Source: a virus
Length of the DNA: 64,000 nucleotides
IMG/VR virus record: IMGVR_UViG_3300044837_000097
Span: 1 to 64,000 of that record
Direction: 5' to 3' (one strand)
Part shown: positions 35,001 to 47,000 of the stretch, piece by piece
How the letters are laid out: every line of letters begins with the position of its first letter
Position numbering within the stretch: the first letter of the stretch is position 1
The notes under the pieces: generated by a model
What the model was told of the DNA's origin: nothing
Databases searched by the model: none
The model's input: the letters and a program-made list of their open reading frames with translations, nothing else
Translations under genes and position numbers: made by a program

Positions 35001-35871
35001 GACAGCGACATTCGCTTCTGTTACGATGGCACCCGGCGTCGGTTTGCTATCTTTCAACGCCTGCGATGTTTTTGCGGGTGAAATTTATTTCTTCTCCAGC
35101 GATAATCAGTTTCGAGTAATTACACCGTCTTTGAACATGTCGTTGTTTGGATTCCCGTTAGGCGACCAGTTCGCGAACAACCCGTCGTTTGGGAGCTTAG
35201 ATACGACGTGGGACCCCTCGAAAGTTTACGTTGCTGTTCACCAGAATGGTACCGATAACTGCGTCTTCGTTGCGGACGGCTCAACTGGCTGGTATCGGTT
35301 GAATCCTCATCAAGTTCCGGGCGCGTCACAAGGGCCGGAACCGATTTGGTCGCCGTACGCAGTAATCACGGGCGGCGTAAAGATGGTGCAGAGCGTTGAG
35401 ACTGCGCCGGGAATCAAGCAACTGCTTGGCGGCGGTGTCTCGCCGGGAGATAACATTCTCTCGCGCAGCTTGACCAACTTCCAAGACGACGGCGCATCAT
35501 ACGACGCGTTCGTCACGATGGGCAGCATCACTCTCGCAAAGCCGGGAACTTTGGCGCTATTGAAGTTCTTAGAGTTCGATTTCTCCGGTGTTGCGTATCA
35601 GCCGGTAATAAGTTATCTGTTGAACGAAATTAGCGGAACTTTTACCCCCTTCGTGAACGGGACATTCGGCGTACCGCAATTCGACCCGCCATCGCTGTAC
35701 GGCGATACGATTGCTCCCACAAGTTATAGCCCGAACCGCTATTACTTTAGTGCGAACGCGTCCTTGGCTCGTTGCCGTCACATGCAGATTAAAATAGATT
35801 TCGGAACCACATCGAACGGTGACGAAATGTATAGTTTGGCGGTTTATGGTCGTTCGATTGTAGAGAACTAA
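32089..35871 (+). CDS. tail nozzle / stabilisation protein with inserted beta modules
   Basis: N-terminal NVE..LQRRPG, propeller-like C-terminus; repeated PxWP..GxTxxDxxxxW modules. Confidence 0.7.
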   Translation: MTSTFEQNGGQPQKQPKYTAIFVDRAFTGLYTQRPALHDPSDVVTSHYYGGRPDALLTGRNVELTNRNTLQRRPGMVPFRTTPGEGASYATAPDRAFSFQLANGTIRVIIDTGDSGLLAITAAANASAGTTVYTGTFPGGASNGYAGLTFVVAGFSTNLINNGTFTCTASSTTTLTLNNPNGIAETIAATADTAGGVYWDKMDGTATLLVAKSPGAGQMYFISVAGVLYMGDGIDTRKYTPLNVNGIIWNWGIVAPTAQPTIGLTPSGAAATRWQINTNFTTMGLTKDTNATPLIWQLISVNADGSQAATAQFGTAGNGEPNWPTAEGATLVDNSVTWLNMGPVSAILPNTFYTDLGIGGGYAGENFSQPGAGTAINSIYGNFKNSGHLGNTGGTLPAFSGAYPGPAGGYFNNNTHWFAIGSFNTPTQLLALRWKPSKVYANWAPTGANASIAGTPDFILTGNLPAAAGTVVNLFIPKVGGTSGSGYNPFPSTSVFGNTVTDNQLSWLCLGPAAWQSTFAYTPWVAQGTAFGCVFDGANFQVCVKSAGTGLSGSHIPGTAIVTAASVVVTNSGTTTIFTKSAGSWLATPSAGDQILTSGFANAANNGTFLVVSATSNTIVVNVNTGSPETATATITLSPWGTGYGAATQDGGITWTCVGQNVPWVAGSGTTGIWHLPTAGFQPPGPSEQFGGSEVAESGFVQAVVNSGKSGPSTPPVWPTTIGSTVTDAGSPTITWQTAAAISSQSLAWSFGLAYAYSFKARPIDDIYSPLPLGGGLVPPGSVPLGIPFGSETNAISSASPVNQIVGANTGSVNTISGNYSPDPQVDTIVIWRSADTASGSNTMFELTEIPNVPALAGVVMWKFQDFLPSVAAGSFPGLNVLLPAPVDGVNNPPLPTFLPQVFNFQRIWGSNGQQVNFSGGPDTNVGNPNEAFNESDELPFLAPVTRLVKTPQGIVTFLTDSIEIIGGGPATATFASVTMAPGVGLLSFNACDVFAGEIYFFSSDNQFRVITPSLNMSLFGFPLGDQFANNPSFGSLDTTWDPSKVYVAVHQNGTDNCVFVADGSTGWYRLNPHQVPGASQGPEPIWSPYAVITGGVKMVQSVETAPGIKQLLGGGVSPGDNILSRSLTNFQDDGASYDAFVTMGSITLAKPGTLALLKFLEFDFSGVAYQPVISYLLNEISGTFTPFVNGTFGVPQFDPPSLYGDTIAPTSYSPNRYYFSANASLARCRHMQIKIDFGTTSNGDEMYSLAVYGRSIVEN

Positions 35872-37640
35872 TGCCTGATAACCCGTACTTGACAAGCGAA
35901 GAAGAAGTTCCGAGTAATTGGTCTCCGGTTGAAACCGAGACGATGGGGCCGGGAAAATCTCCTGCGCCCCCTATTCCGCACGCGATGCCCCAGTATTTCT
36001 CCGGCTCGATGCCGCCTGCGCTGCAACACGATACATCATTTGTGAGCACGGAGGTGGGGAGTCCCCGCATCCCGAAGACATCGCTTATGCCACTGGGCTT
36101 GCAGCTTAGTTCTATCACCAGCGCGGCGATTCAAAGCACTGCTACGAACATTGCACAGATAACGCCGGGTCCGAGCGGCGGTGGCGGTGGTGGAATCTCT
36201 AGCATCACTTTGAATATTCCAAATATTTTTACCCCTACTACTCAAACGAAAACGACAGACCCCGTAGTGTTGGCATTTACTCTGGCAACGGAACTTCCGG
36301 GAACTTATCTCGGCGTTCCAAGCGGCGCGGGATTAGGCGCACTGGAAGCATTTAACGTCGTAAGCAATCTAACGGGCGCTGGCGGGTCGGCCACGGTAAC
36401 GGTAACGAGCACGCCAAGCACGGCGACATCGTGGGCGCTTCTACCCGTCGTTACAAAAAATGGATACGCCGGGGCGGGATTAGGCGCGTGGACCGGGATA
36501 ACTGGAAACGACGGGCTTAAAGGCACGTTCATCAAAAATATAACCGGAACTTCCCCGGTTTCTGTTTCAGAGCCGCTCATCGCCAACGATACAGCGACCT
36601 TGGCTTTAGCTATTTTTTCCGGGCCTCTGCCTACTATAGTTCAGCAGAATACGGCGTCGTCGTGGACCGGGCAAACCATGTCCAAGGCTTACGGAAGTAG
36701 CAACACTGCGGGAAACACATTATTCATTATTTTTCAATACACGCTTTCTTCCACCGCCTTTGGTGTGTCCGCTTCCGACACAGCCGGAAACTCCTACGTA
36801 ACCTTGGCTTCTACCTTTGGAGGAAGCACGGCAATCGGAGCCACAGCCCAATTGATTATGATTGCTCCTGCCTGCTTGGGCGGTGCTAACACCGTCAACG
36901 TAAAAGTAACGGGAGGCAGCGGAGCAACCCCGGCAGGTCTGCTTCAAATTTTTGAAATTGCTCCGATAGCCGCAGGCGCGGGTGTCCCTTTTTTCCACCC
37001 TCTTTTCCCGGGAGATATTCCACCCATCAATTTGAGTTCAGTTGGTAACGGCGGAATACAAAACATCCTTGGTTTAGCAAACGGGGGCACTAAATCCGAT
37101 TTGTCCGGTACCGGAGGGCCAAGCCAATTCATATCTCAACTGAGTGCGGGGGCGGCTCTCAGCCCGACACAGCCGGATTTTGGTGACTTGGCCGGATTAA
37201 ACAAAGCAATTAAGTACAACAACATCGCGCTTGTAGGCGTGGGTTTGCCGTCCCTGATTGCTCTAGTAGACCGTACCGCACAAACGGCGGCTATTACCAC
37301 AACCAATCTGCTAGCTTCGGTACCAACTACAGGGCAATACAGGCTGTCATGGAACGCGAAGGTTACAACGCCGGACGGGGCTAGTTCGACGTTAGGTGCT
37401 TTGACAATCACGTATACAGATGCCGACAACACGGTTCAAACCATCACAGCGGCAGCACAGAGCAAGAACGGAGTAATTGAAACTTCCGACACGGGAAACT
37501 CGACTACGGCGGTTTTACTCGGCGTCCCTATGATGTTAAACGCGCGTTCCGCTACAGCTATCCAATACGCTATGGCGTACGCCTCGGGCACGCCAGCGAC
37601 GATGGCCTACAACCTTCATATAAAATTGGAGTCTTTGTAA
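35871..37640 (+). CDS. tail fibre/spike protein
   Basis: G/S/T-rich; GILGLANGGT-like fibre motif. Confidence 0.65.
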   Translation: MPDNPYLTSEEEVPSNWSPVETETMGPGKSPAPPIPHAMPQYFSGSMPPALQHDTSFVSTEVGSPRIPKTSLMPLGLQLSSITSAAIQSTATNIAQITPGPSGGGGGGISSITLNIPNIFTPTTQTKTTDPVVLAFTLATELPGTYLGVPSGAGLGALEAFNVVSNLTGAGGSATVTVTSTPSTATSWALLPVVTKNGYAGAGLGAWTGITGNDGLKGTFIKNITGTSPVSVSEPLIANDTATLALAIFSGPLPTIVQQNTASSWTGQTMSKAYGSSNTAGNTLFIIFQYTLSSTAFGVSASDTAGNSYVTLASTFGGSTAIGATAQLIMIAPACLGGANTVNVKVTGGSGATPAGLLQIFEIAPIAAGAGVPFFHPLFPGDIPPINLSSVGNGGIQNILGLANGGTKSDLSGTGGPSQFISQLSAGAALSPTQPDFGDLAGLNKAIKYNNIALVGVGLPSLIALVDRTAQTAAITTTNLLASVPTTGQYRLSWNAKVTTPDGASSTLGALTITYTDADNTVQTITAAAQSKNGVIETSDTGNSTTAVLLGVPMMLNARSATAIQYAMAYASGTPATMAYNLHIKLESL

Positions 37641-38059
37641 TGATAAAATTCACAGCATCGACAATTAGCGATATTCCTCAAATCGCGGAGTGGATTGCTG
37701 CCGACCCGTATCACAAGCACCAAGGTCAGCCAGAATGGTGGCTCACTGGAAGTGGGCTACTCACCTTCTGTTTACAAGACGATAAAGGCCCCCTGACCTT
37801 TGTCAGACTGGACGAAGAAGGTGAGCACGTTCGTATCCATACGCAGTTCGCGCCAAAAGAGATTGTTTCACAACGCCGACTTCTCCTTGGTATGATTGAT
37901 TGTTTGACAGAACTAGTTAAAATTTATCGAACTCAATCGAGGGCGGGTCTGATATTTAATTCAGTCAGCCCGACTTTGGTGGCTTTCATGGAAAAGTGTT
38001 TCGATTTTAAGAGTGTCGGTGGCGATGACTACCGATTGGACTTCGAGGTGCAGAAATAA
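37640..38059 (+). CDS. GNAT-like protein preceding ejection genes
   Basis: size, position, IHTQF motif. Confidence 0.5.
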   Translation: MIKFTASTISDIPQIAEWIAADPYHKHQGQPEWWLTGSGLLTFCLQDDKGPLTFVRLDEEGEHVRIHTQFAPKEIVSQRRLLLGMIDCLTELVKIYRTQSRAGLIFNSVSPTLVAFMEKCFDFKSVGGDDYRLDFEVQK

Positions 38060-38679
38060 TGTGTGGACCCAGCAGCGCAGAAACTTCTTTGCAGGCGCAA
38101 ACGCAGGCGTTCTCAAACGTCTTGCAACAAAACTACGGCACGTTGTTCGGTAAGCAGCAAGGCGTGCTTGACAGCATCAACAAGTCCTTGTCCCCGATTG
38201 TGGCGGCAGGACCGAGTCAGCGTGGCTTCTCTGGTGCTGAAACTTCTGCGCTACAAACGCAGGCCATTGAGAACGCAGGCGCGGCCAACACGGCAGCCCA
38301 ACAAGCGGCGCGCACGTATGGCGCAGGACAAGGCGGCGGTGGAACCAGCGGCTTGACCTCTGGCATCACGAAACAGATTCAATCAGCTATCGCTAGCCAG
38401 AGCGCCGGGGCTGAGAGTGCGCAATTGAACAAGATTAACTTGGAAGATTTCAACCAAGGCAACCAGAACTACTGGCGCGCTCAAGGCGGCATGAATGCGC
38501 TGGCGGCTGGCTACAGCCCGAACGCTTCGGCATCAGAAGCCGGGTCGGAAGCCGGACAGTCGTTCCAAGAGGCAGCGAAGATTAATCAAGAGAACAACGC
38601 GCTCGGTCAGGACATCGCAGGCTTCGCAACCGCAGCAATCGGTTCGGCTGGCGACATCTTCAAGGCGTACAAGGGATAA
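38059..38679 (+). CDS. ejection/internal virion protein (small)
   Basis: MCG start, A/G/Q/S-rich. Confidence 0.65.
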   Translation: MCGPSSAETSLQAQTQAFSNVLQQNYGTLFGKQQGVLDSINKSLSPIVAAGPSQRGFSGAETSALQTQAIENAGAANTAAQQAARTYGAGQGGGGTSGLTSGITKQIQSAIASQSAGAESAQLNKINLEDFNQGNQNYWRAQGGMNALAAGYSPNASASEAGSEAGQSFQEAAKINQENNALGQDIAGFATAAIGSAGDIFKAYKG

Positions 38680-38682
38680 GCT

Positions 38683-38937
38683 ATGAGCATCGGAGAGGGA
38701 TTCCAAGAACTCGCCAAAGTAGCGAGCGACTACACCAACAACGGGATGGGCCAAGGCGGCGCATACGCGGCGGTCAGAGCGGCGCGCTCTCGCGAAGCCA
38801 TCCATGACAGGGATAAAGCTGCGCAGTCGAAGGCTAAGACGACGACTGCCCCAGCCAATCTTGAGAGCGACACCAATCCACCAGCGGGCGACGTAGGCGA
38901 TGCAACTCCCAAATCGGGCGACTCGGAAGTAGCTTGA
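38683..38937 (+). CDS. hypothetical protein
   Basis: operon spacing, RBS. Confidence 0.6.
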   Translation: MSIGEGFQELAKVASDYTNNGMGQGGAYAAVRAARSREAIHDRDKAAQSKAKTTTAPANLESDTNPPAGDVGDATPKSGDSEVA

Positions 38938-38962
38938 CATTTTTCGGCAATACTGATACACT
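38934..38962 (+). promoter_or_regulatory. sigma70 promoter
   Basis: TTGACA-17nt-TACACT. Confidence 0.75.
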
Positions 38963-38971
38963 ATTTAAAGG

Positions 38972-41092
38972 ATGAAAATGGGAAATACACCTACATCACA
39001 GATTCTTCAAGGTTTGGTAGGCACGAGCGCAGAGCCAGCAGTGCAGGTTCCGATGCGCCCAACAGAGCCTGTGCAAGTCCCGATGCGTCCCTCGGACCAG
39101 CCAGCCGACACCACGGCTGCGCCGCCCGCCCCAGTAGCTGCGGGTGTTGAGCAGACGCCTTACGAGAAAGAGGGCGGCACCCTACCGATGCACCCTGTGG
39201 ACGCAATGGCAACGATGTTTATGAAGCACGTCACCGACGAGGCCAAAGAAAATTCGCCGGGTTCCTTCGGCGCAAAGTTGGCGGGCGCACTTGACGCTGC
39301 GGGCGCTGGCTTGGGCGATGCTCGCACAGGCGGCGACCCGGGACAAGGTCACGGATGGTTGAGCGCGGTAGGCGCAACGTTGGGCGCACGCACCCAGCGT
39401 TTAGAGCATCTGAAAGAGATTGCCTTCGACCAGAAGGAGCGTTTGAAGAACGACCAGATTAACCTCGCGACTGCGAACGCGAACTTGCGCCAGCACGCGA
39501 TGACAATTCAGCAGCAAGAAAAGACCATCCGTGACGCGAGTGCATCATCCGGCTCGAAGTTCATGGACACGCTGCGCGCCAATTACAAGGTATCGGACAA
39601 CATCTCTCAAGATGAACTGATGTCGAGAGCGCAAGCAGACCCGAAGTTCTTGCAGACTCACACTGCTCGCATCACAGGCTATGAGCCTGTAATGGGTTCA
39701 GACGGTAAGCCGAAGATGGTGGATGGTGTGCCTGTCGAAATGCCGAAGTTCAGTATCGCGGACATCGCACCGGGCGACATGTCGAAGCAGTACACGGTTG
39801 ACGCGACCCACGCGAAGAAGTGGGCCGATTCAGGATTGAAGCCGCTGGAAGCTGGCACAGTTATGCCTGTCAGCGTTGCAAACCAGATGGACGTGCAAGC
39901 GGAACGCTACGGCACCACGCTTGGTTTGTTGAACTTGTCGAAGGTTCAGCCTTTGCCGGATTCGGTGAAGGACCAGATGGTATCTGCGTTGCAAGACCCG
40001 GAAGTTCAGCACGCGGTCTCCATGCAGCCGGGTAGCCCGCTAGCCGGATTGTATGAGGCATCCGAGAACGTTGGACAGCACTTGCAAGTGGCGCAACAGC
40101 AGTTGGCCGCTGCTCAAAAGAGCGGTAATGCCGATGTGGTAACGAAGGCACAACAGAATCTAGCTGATGTGCAGCAAACGCAAAAGAATTTGGACCAAAC
40201 GATTAACTCTGGCTTCACGCCGCAGGAGCGTTCTGCGTACCAGAAGCAGATGGAAACAGACCGCAAGCAGACGGAAGTGGAGAAACAGAACGCGGCACGC
40301 GATGCCGAGACCGCACGCCACAACCGCGCCGAGGAAGCAATCAAGACCTTGGAGGCAAGCGGTGGTTCCCCGGAAGCGTTGCAGGACATGGGCCAGAAGT
40401 TGGCCGATGCGGAAATGGTTCCATCCCAGCTATCGAAGCGTTCAAAGAATTACAACGCCTCGTGGCTATCGGCGGACAAGCAGTCTTGGAGCACATACGG
40501 AAAGCCGTACGATGGCGCGCAAGCGGAGTCGGAATACAAGTACGCTTCCAACTCTACCAACCAGAACGTGCTCAAGCTGGTTAACGGCGTAACGGACAAG
40601 GGCGGGTCTCTTGACATCGCTTTGGATGCTGCGAAAGCACTTCCGGGCATGGACTCGCAGACCTTGAACAAGGTTTTCAACACGACCAAGACCGAGTTCG
40701 GAAACAAGGCACTCAGCGACTTCCAGACCGCTATGCTCGGTCTCTCAGACGAATACGCGAAGATTATGGGCGGCGGCAACGCCACCGTCGCGGGCCAGCA
40801 GCAGGCTCTCGATATTTTGAAGGCCGCGTACGCGAAGAACCAAATGGCAGGTGCTGCGACAATCGTTCGCAAGGACATCGCGGCACGTCAGCGTGGTATC
40901 ATCGGCAAAAACCGCTTTTTGCAGAAGCAATACTACGGAAACAACGGTATGACCGTAACGATGATTTCGCCGGACGGGAAGAACTATCAAGAAGTCCCGA
41001 AAAGCCAAGCGCAGTTTTACACCGGCAAGGGCGCACGCATCGCTAACAAGCAGGACTACGCCAACCTTAACATTACGTCCACGGACCACTAA
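38972..41092 (+). CDS. ejection/internal virion protein (medium)
   Basis: helical A/Q-rich; AETARHNRAEE motif; C-terminal VTMISPDG motif. Confidence 0.7.
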   Translation: MKMGNTPTSQILQGLVGTSAEPAVQVPMRPTEPVQVPMRPSDQPADTTAAPPAPVAAGVEQTPYEKEGGTLPMHPVDAMATMFMKHVTDEAKENSPGSFGAKLAGALDAAGAGLGDARTGGDPGQGHGWLSAVGATLGARTQRLEHLKEIAFDQKERLKNDQINLATANANLRQHAMTIQQQEKTIRDASASSGSKFMDTLRANYKVSDNISQDELMSRAQADPKFLQTHTARITGYEPVMGSDGKPKMVDGVPVEMPKFSIADIAPGDMSKQYTVDATHAKKWADSGLKPLEAGTVMPVSVANQMDVQAERYGTTLGLLNLSKVQPLPDSVKDQMVSALQDPEVQHAVSMQPGSPLAGLYEASENVGQHLQVAQQQLAAAQKSGNADVVTKAQQNLADVQQTQKNLDQTINSGFTPQERSAYQKQMETDRKQTEVEKQNAARDAETARHNRAEEAIKTLEASGGSPEALQDMGQKLADAEMVPSQLSKRSKNYNASWLSADKQSWSTYGKPYDGAQAESEYKYASNSTNQNVLKLVNGVTDKGGSLDIALDAAKALPGMDSQTLNKVFNTTKTEFGNKALSDFQTAMLGLSDEYAKIMGGGNATVAGQQQALDILKAAYAKNQMAGAATIVRKDIAARQRGIIGKNRFLQKQYYGNNGMTVTMISPDGKNYQEVPKSQAQFYTGKGARIANKQDYANLNITSTDH

Positions 41093-41094
41093 AA

Positions 41095-44000
41095 ATGACC
41101 GACCAGAATTCGAATTGGTTTGACCAGAACGCGCCGGGGGCTGCACCGCAACAAGGTCAGCCCGCCCCACAGCAAGCTGCGCCAGCACCAACGCCTGCGC
41201 CACAGCCTGCGGGTAATTGGTTTGACCAGAATCCAGCGCCAGCAGCTACGCCAGCCGCTGCCGAAACGGAAGAGAAAGCTGCACCAGCACAGCCGCAAGG
41301 TTTGTGGGACAAAATCAAGACCGCAGTAGCGGGGCCGACGACAGCACTGGGTACACCACTTGGCGAGGACCAATCACAAGAACTATCAGGCTTGGGCGAC
41401 ATCTTGCAAGGTAACGTGAAGCAAGGCGCGGGAAAAATCTGGAATTCCGAAAAGATTGATGCGAAGAACATCGTGCCGGGTTCACCTGCGGAATGGGCTA
41501 TCCGTCAGTTCGACCCGGACTTCCACGGTGGGGCAACGAAGGAAGCCATCGCTGCGATGAAGGCAAAGAACCCGAATGCGGGCGAGAAGCCGCTTCTCGA
41601 CGTTGCTCAATTCATCGACATGAAGAAGCACCCGATTGGAAAGGCTTTGACGGAAGTCGCACAAGGCTTCACCTCCCCGGAGAATATCGCCATCATGTAC
41701 GGCACCGGAGGTCTCGGTTTGATTGGGCAGACGCCGAAGGCTTTGAAAGCGTTCGGCACGATGAGCCGCCTAATCTCTGCGGGCTTCGCATATCAGGCAC
41801 TACAAGGTGCGTACGAACACTCGAAGGCTTTCAAGGAAGCGTTTGATGCAGGCGACGAGGAACGTGCCGAATACGAGTTGACCCACGCAGTTGCGGGCGG
41901 CGTAATCGGAACACAGGCTGCGACTCACGCGGCGGAAGGTTTGCCACTACCGGGCTACGACAAGGGCGGTAAGGGCAATGCAGTAAAGCCGCTGGTCGAA
42001 TTGTCACCGACAGAGAAGAAAGTTGCGGGCGCAATTAGCACCGCAGTCGGTCACGCAGCGGATGCCACCAAGAACTTTACTGCGGAAAAACTACAAGCCG
42101 CGACAGACCGCGTTGGTGTCGTATTCGGAAGAACTGCGGACTTCGATGAGGCCGTCACCCGCGTTGCGAACATGATGGGCAAGAAGGCGGGTCCAGAATT
42201 TAAGGAGAAGGTCTCAAACGCTAGTGATGATTTGAAGCAGATTATCAACGAAGACACCACCAACAAGATTGTGGACCCGGAGACGGCGGCGCAAGCAGTT
42301 GACCGCCACATTCAGGGCAACATCGAGGCACCGTTGCTGCAAGAAGCACACGCAACGAAGGATTCAACAGAGCCTGTTGTGCCGGATTTCAAGGCCCGCT
42401 TGAATGAGCGTCTTGACAAGTTCTTCGATGAGAACGCGGGCAAGTACGGTTCACCGGAAGAGGAAGACGTTATCAAGCAGCGTATTCTGGACCGCATGGA
42501 CCGCGACCAAGACCTCGGCAATGGTGTGAAGATTGCGCGTGAGCCGAATTTATACGAAGCCGAAAATATCCGCCAAGGCTTGAACAAGGAAGCTGGTAGC
42601 GTATTTGAGCAGGGCACTAGCAGCGGATACCGCGCTGCGGCAGCAGAGACCTCGAACTTTATGCGTGAGGTCATCGACGAATCATACAAGGCGAATGGCG
42701 TTCAAGGCGTGCCGGACGCACGCGCAAAGGAAGCAGACCTAATTGACATTCGTGATGCGTTGAGAGACGCACAAGGCCGCTTCGAAGCACAAAAAGCGAC
42801 TCCTGCTCTGTTGAAACTGTTCTCTCTCGGTAAGTTGGCCGGGATGGTTGGTGCTGTAGGAGCGCACTTCTTCGGCAGCGATATTCTAGGCGGCGCGCTG
42901 GCGGCAGGCTCTGCGTGGAAGGCTATCCACGAGCACAATGTCTCGAATTTGGAAGGCAACTTGGAACGCGCCCGACAGTTGGCCGCGCGTGAACAGGGAG
43001 CCTCGGCCACCGTTCCTGAGTTCAACCAGACCCCGGTTCCGCCGCCAGCGGGTCCTGCGGGAGCACAGATTCCACCGAACATGCCGCCGCGTCCGACCCC
43101 GCCTCAGCCTGCGACCCGCCCTGCGGTTAATCACACGCTGAACGGCGAACTCGCATCGTACTTCTCAGAAGACCGCGCGACTTCGCCAGAAGAGTACAAC
43201 GGCCTGCTTGACCGCTTCAAGGAGAAGTTTGCGACAATGAAGCAGAGCGTTGCCGACTTGAAGGCTAAGGGACAGGAGTTGCCGGAAGCCTACAAGGATG
43301 AGTGGAAGCAGGCGAACGAACTCCACGCCACGATTCAGAAGGAAGGCGCGAAGGAAGATGCTGCGCTGGAAAAAGAAAACAAGAAGCGCCAAGACAAGTA
43401 TGTGAAGGATAGTCAAGACTGGACCAGTCAGTTGCAGACCGAAACACAGAAGCAGGCCGAATTGACGAGACAGCAGAAGGATGCGGAGTCGCAGGCCAAG
43501 ATTCAGGAAGAGAAGGCCCGTGTTGACGCAATCTTGAAGGATGAGCGTGTAGCTCACAGCCCGTTGATGAAGTCCACCGATGAGGCGCAGCCGATTGAGG
43601 GTGTGGAAGGACGTTCCTCGAAGGAACTTCACCGCCATGAGCACGGCCACATTATGGCGAACGTAGCGGAAGGTTTGAATCCGTTCACGTTTGTCGCCGC
43701 AGAGCATCCAGACGCAGTGGAGAGCGGCGCTGCGGCACAAGTCCACACGGACGTATCGGGTGCGGAAGAAGGCCCGAAGGGCATCGCACAACGCGTTGTC
43801 GGCATCTTGGGCGGTCCCGCGTTTGACGAAGTGCACCAAGGCATCACGATTGGCCGTAACACCGGGGCACGCGCCGACATCAGCCGCGCTCGCGAGATTC
43901 TGCGTGAAGAAGGCGGATTGAAGGGCAACCAGTTGGAGAAAGTATTTGACGCTCTATATGACAGAGCGAAGGAACACGTTTCAAACCCGGAAGCACTTGC

Positions 44001-47000
44001 ACTGGTTGACGCTAACGCGGACCTGCGCGAGGCTGGACTTCACAAGAACTTCCACATGTCACCGGGACGTATGGAAGAGTACGTTAAGAAACTAAAGGGA
44101 GCATATCGAAATGGCGAAACACCAAGCACCGAAGGAGTTCGTGAAGGGGATTCCGATGGAGGAGTACCGCAAGGAGAATCCGCTGGAACCGGAAACGGTG
44201 GAAGCGAACAAGATGGGGCTGTTGAAAGAACACGCACCGAAGCTGCACGAAAGAGCGACGAAGGCGCAGAAGCAGCAGCAGCCAGAGAAGAACGCTCAAG
44301 CGTAAAGGCCGCGATGCCGCCAGAGCGTTCAACTGGTGACGCGGAACTTGACAAGAAGATTAAGAGCGGCGGGGCTATCCCTGCCGGACGCTTCGGACCT
44401 CTGGCGATGTTCCACCACCCGGAGACTGGAAGCACACTGGCGTTGAAACCGGAAGAGATTACGCCGGAAGCTGTGAAGGAGCACGTCGCCAAGAGCACGG
44501 AGAAATACACTCAGGGCGACATCCGCAACACTGCGCGTCAATACAACGAGGTACGCGGGCTGCCGGAAGTCAACCCGGCCCCAGTGACCGAGGACCCGCG
44601 CGTTCAAGAAATGGGCCGCGTGTACGATGAGTTGAAGCACAACCCGAATGACCCGAAGGTCGAGGCATCATACAAAGCATTCAAAAACGAACTGGACCAT
44701 CAGTACGACGCGCTGACGAAGGCTGGATTTAAGTTTGACACCTCGAAAGAGGACCCGTATCCGTCGTACGACGCAATGCGCCAAGACATTCTGCGCAACA
44801 AGCACTTGACGGCATGGGAAGGTGCAGCACCGCCAGCAGACCACCCGCTGGCAGAGCGCGACCCGAAGACTGGATTTACGTATAACGAAAAGTTCCGCTT
44901 GGTGCATGACGTTCTAGGGCACGCGGCGCACGACGCCGACTTTAGCGGGAACGGAGAAGAATCTGCGTGGAACTACCACCGTCAGATGTTCTCCCCGGAA
45001 GCCCAGCCTGCGCTCGCTGCCGAAACCCGTGGGCAGGTTGCTTCGTTCACTCGTAACGGAAAATTCCCGGACACACAGAAGGCTGTCTTGATGCCGGACG
45101 CTTACAATATGCGCCCGGAAGACATTATGAAGTCAAGTCTGTCGAAGACGGGTGGCAACGCAATCAAGAAGTTGGAGAACTCGAACGAAGAGTTCGCACG
45201 CCCTATCGGCTACGATTCAAGCAAGCCGTTCACTAATAAGACAGCACCTGCGGTGATTTTGCCGGATGGACGAATCATTCCTGCTCGTTTGTCGCATGCG
45301 GACATCGCCGGGGAAGCTGGATTCAAGGATGATTTTGACGGCGTTCAAGACCTGTTGAAACACACGGATGGAGTACGCGTCATGTACCCAGACCGTGGCC
45401 GTGGAAACATCGGCATCCAGTCCCACGCAAATCCGAACGATGTTCAAACCGGGACTGTCGCCAGCGTATTGAAGCACGCTGCGGAAGCGGGCATCGGAGA
45501 CGGAAAGAACTTCGTGTGGGATTTGGGCGCGCCGGGCAAGGACCATGTTTCAGGCTCTGGCACCATCAACGATTATCGTCGAGCAATCGAATCGAAAGGA
45601 GTAGAGAAGTCGAATCTCAATTGGGCGAAGAAGGTAGAGGACGAGCCGTTCGGTGGCGTTAACCCGAACGACCCGGAGGCACCGAGCAAGAAGTATGCGT
45701 TCGAGTTGTCACCGGAGAATCGCCACACGCCTGAGAAGCTGACTGCGCAAGAGGCACAAGCGTTCGCAGAACGTCCAGATGTGAAGGAATTGCTAGCGAC
45801 TCACCCGGACATAAAGCTGGGTTGGGACACAACGACACAAGGCCGTCCTGAGTTGAATATCGGCGTATCGACGAACGATTTGGACACCGCAAAGAAAGTT
45901 GCGGGCAAGTTGGACCAGCGCGCAATCGTAGACACACAGACCGGGGACGAGATTTCAGCAGGCGGTACGGGAACGAAGACCGAGTTCCCTGACTACCCGC
46001 TGGCGGACAGATTGAAAGACCTCGGCATCGAGAAGTCAGACATCGCGAAGTCACCGAAGGGTTCCAGCGTCCCATTGATGGAGAATCCGCTTCCAGTTAA
46101 AGGTACGATGGAAGGGAATGAAGTCGGCACGCTCGACTTGACCAAGGCACTAAACGCTTACAGCCGCAAGCAGCTTCCGTCGTTGGAGCCGGGTTCGGAG
46201 CCGAAGGAGATGGTTGACCGCGCGAAGAAGATTGCGGAAGACGAAGCGAAGTATCAGTTGGCGCAGTCAAAGACTGGCACCGAATGGTACACCACGGAAA
46301 TGAAGGACCACGATAAGGTCTTGACGGACCTGCGCCCTGAGTTGTTGACGGGACCGGAGACAACTTCGGAAGCGCCGTGGACTCACACCGCGAAGATGAC
46401 TTTGTTCAAGGCGGCGGAAGCTATTTTGTCATCCGGCCAGAAGCCGTATGCGAACGTGAAGTCGGCGCTGCGCGCTTGGGATGCATACAACGAGACAGGA
46501 GAATTTCCTCGCAGTAATCCGGCAACAGGCAAGGAAGGAATGTCGTGGGGTCCGCGTGGCGTTAATGCATACGGCAGCGCCTTTGACTCGTTGAATAAAT
46601 TGATTCAAGAGAAGGGCGAGAAAGGCGCAGCGGATTGGCTGCTATCTGAACACCCAGTGAAGGAACTGCGTAGCTATCAGTCGGAAGGCCAATCTCCTGT
46701 GAAGGGTAAAGCAGACGAAAATGAAACGGGCGCAATGATTCTAGGCGCGAAGCGTGGGCCATTCATGCAGAACCTTCACGGCATCGAGTCGAAGTTCACC
46801 GCCGACATGTGGGTATCGCGTAGCTGGAACCGCTGGATGGGCACACTGGACTTGGACCCTCGCATCGAGAACAAGGGCAAGATGACATCGGAGTCGGACG
46901 CGCCACGCAATAACACGGAGCGCACGCTTATGAATCAATCATTCTCCGAGACTGCAAACAAATTGGGGTTGACGACTTCCAGCTTGCAAGCCGTTTTGTG

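Noticed and set aside
26370-37640. Diversity-generating retroelement acting on fibres
   Set aside because: No reverse transcriptase in the window; the fibre duplication is a tandem in-frame repeat without adenine-specific differences
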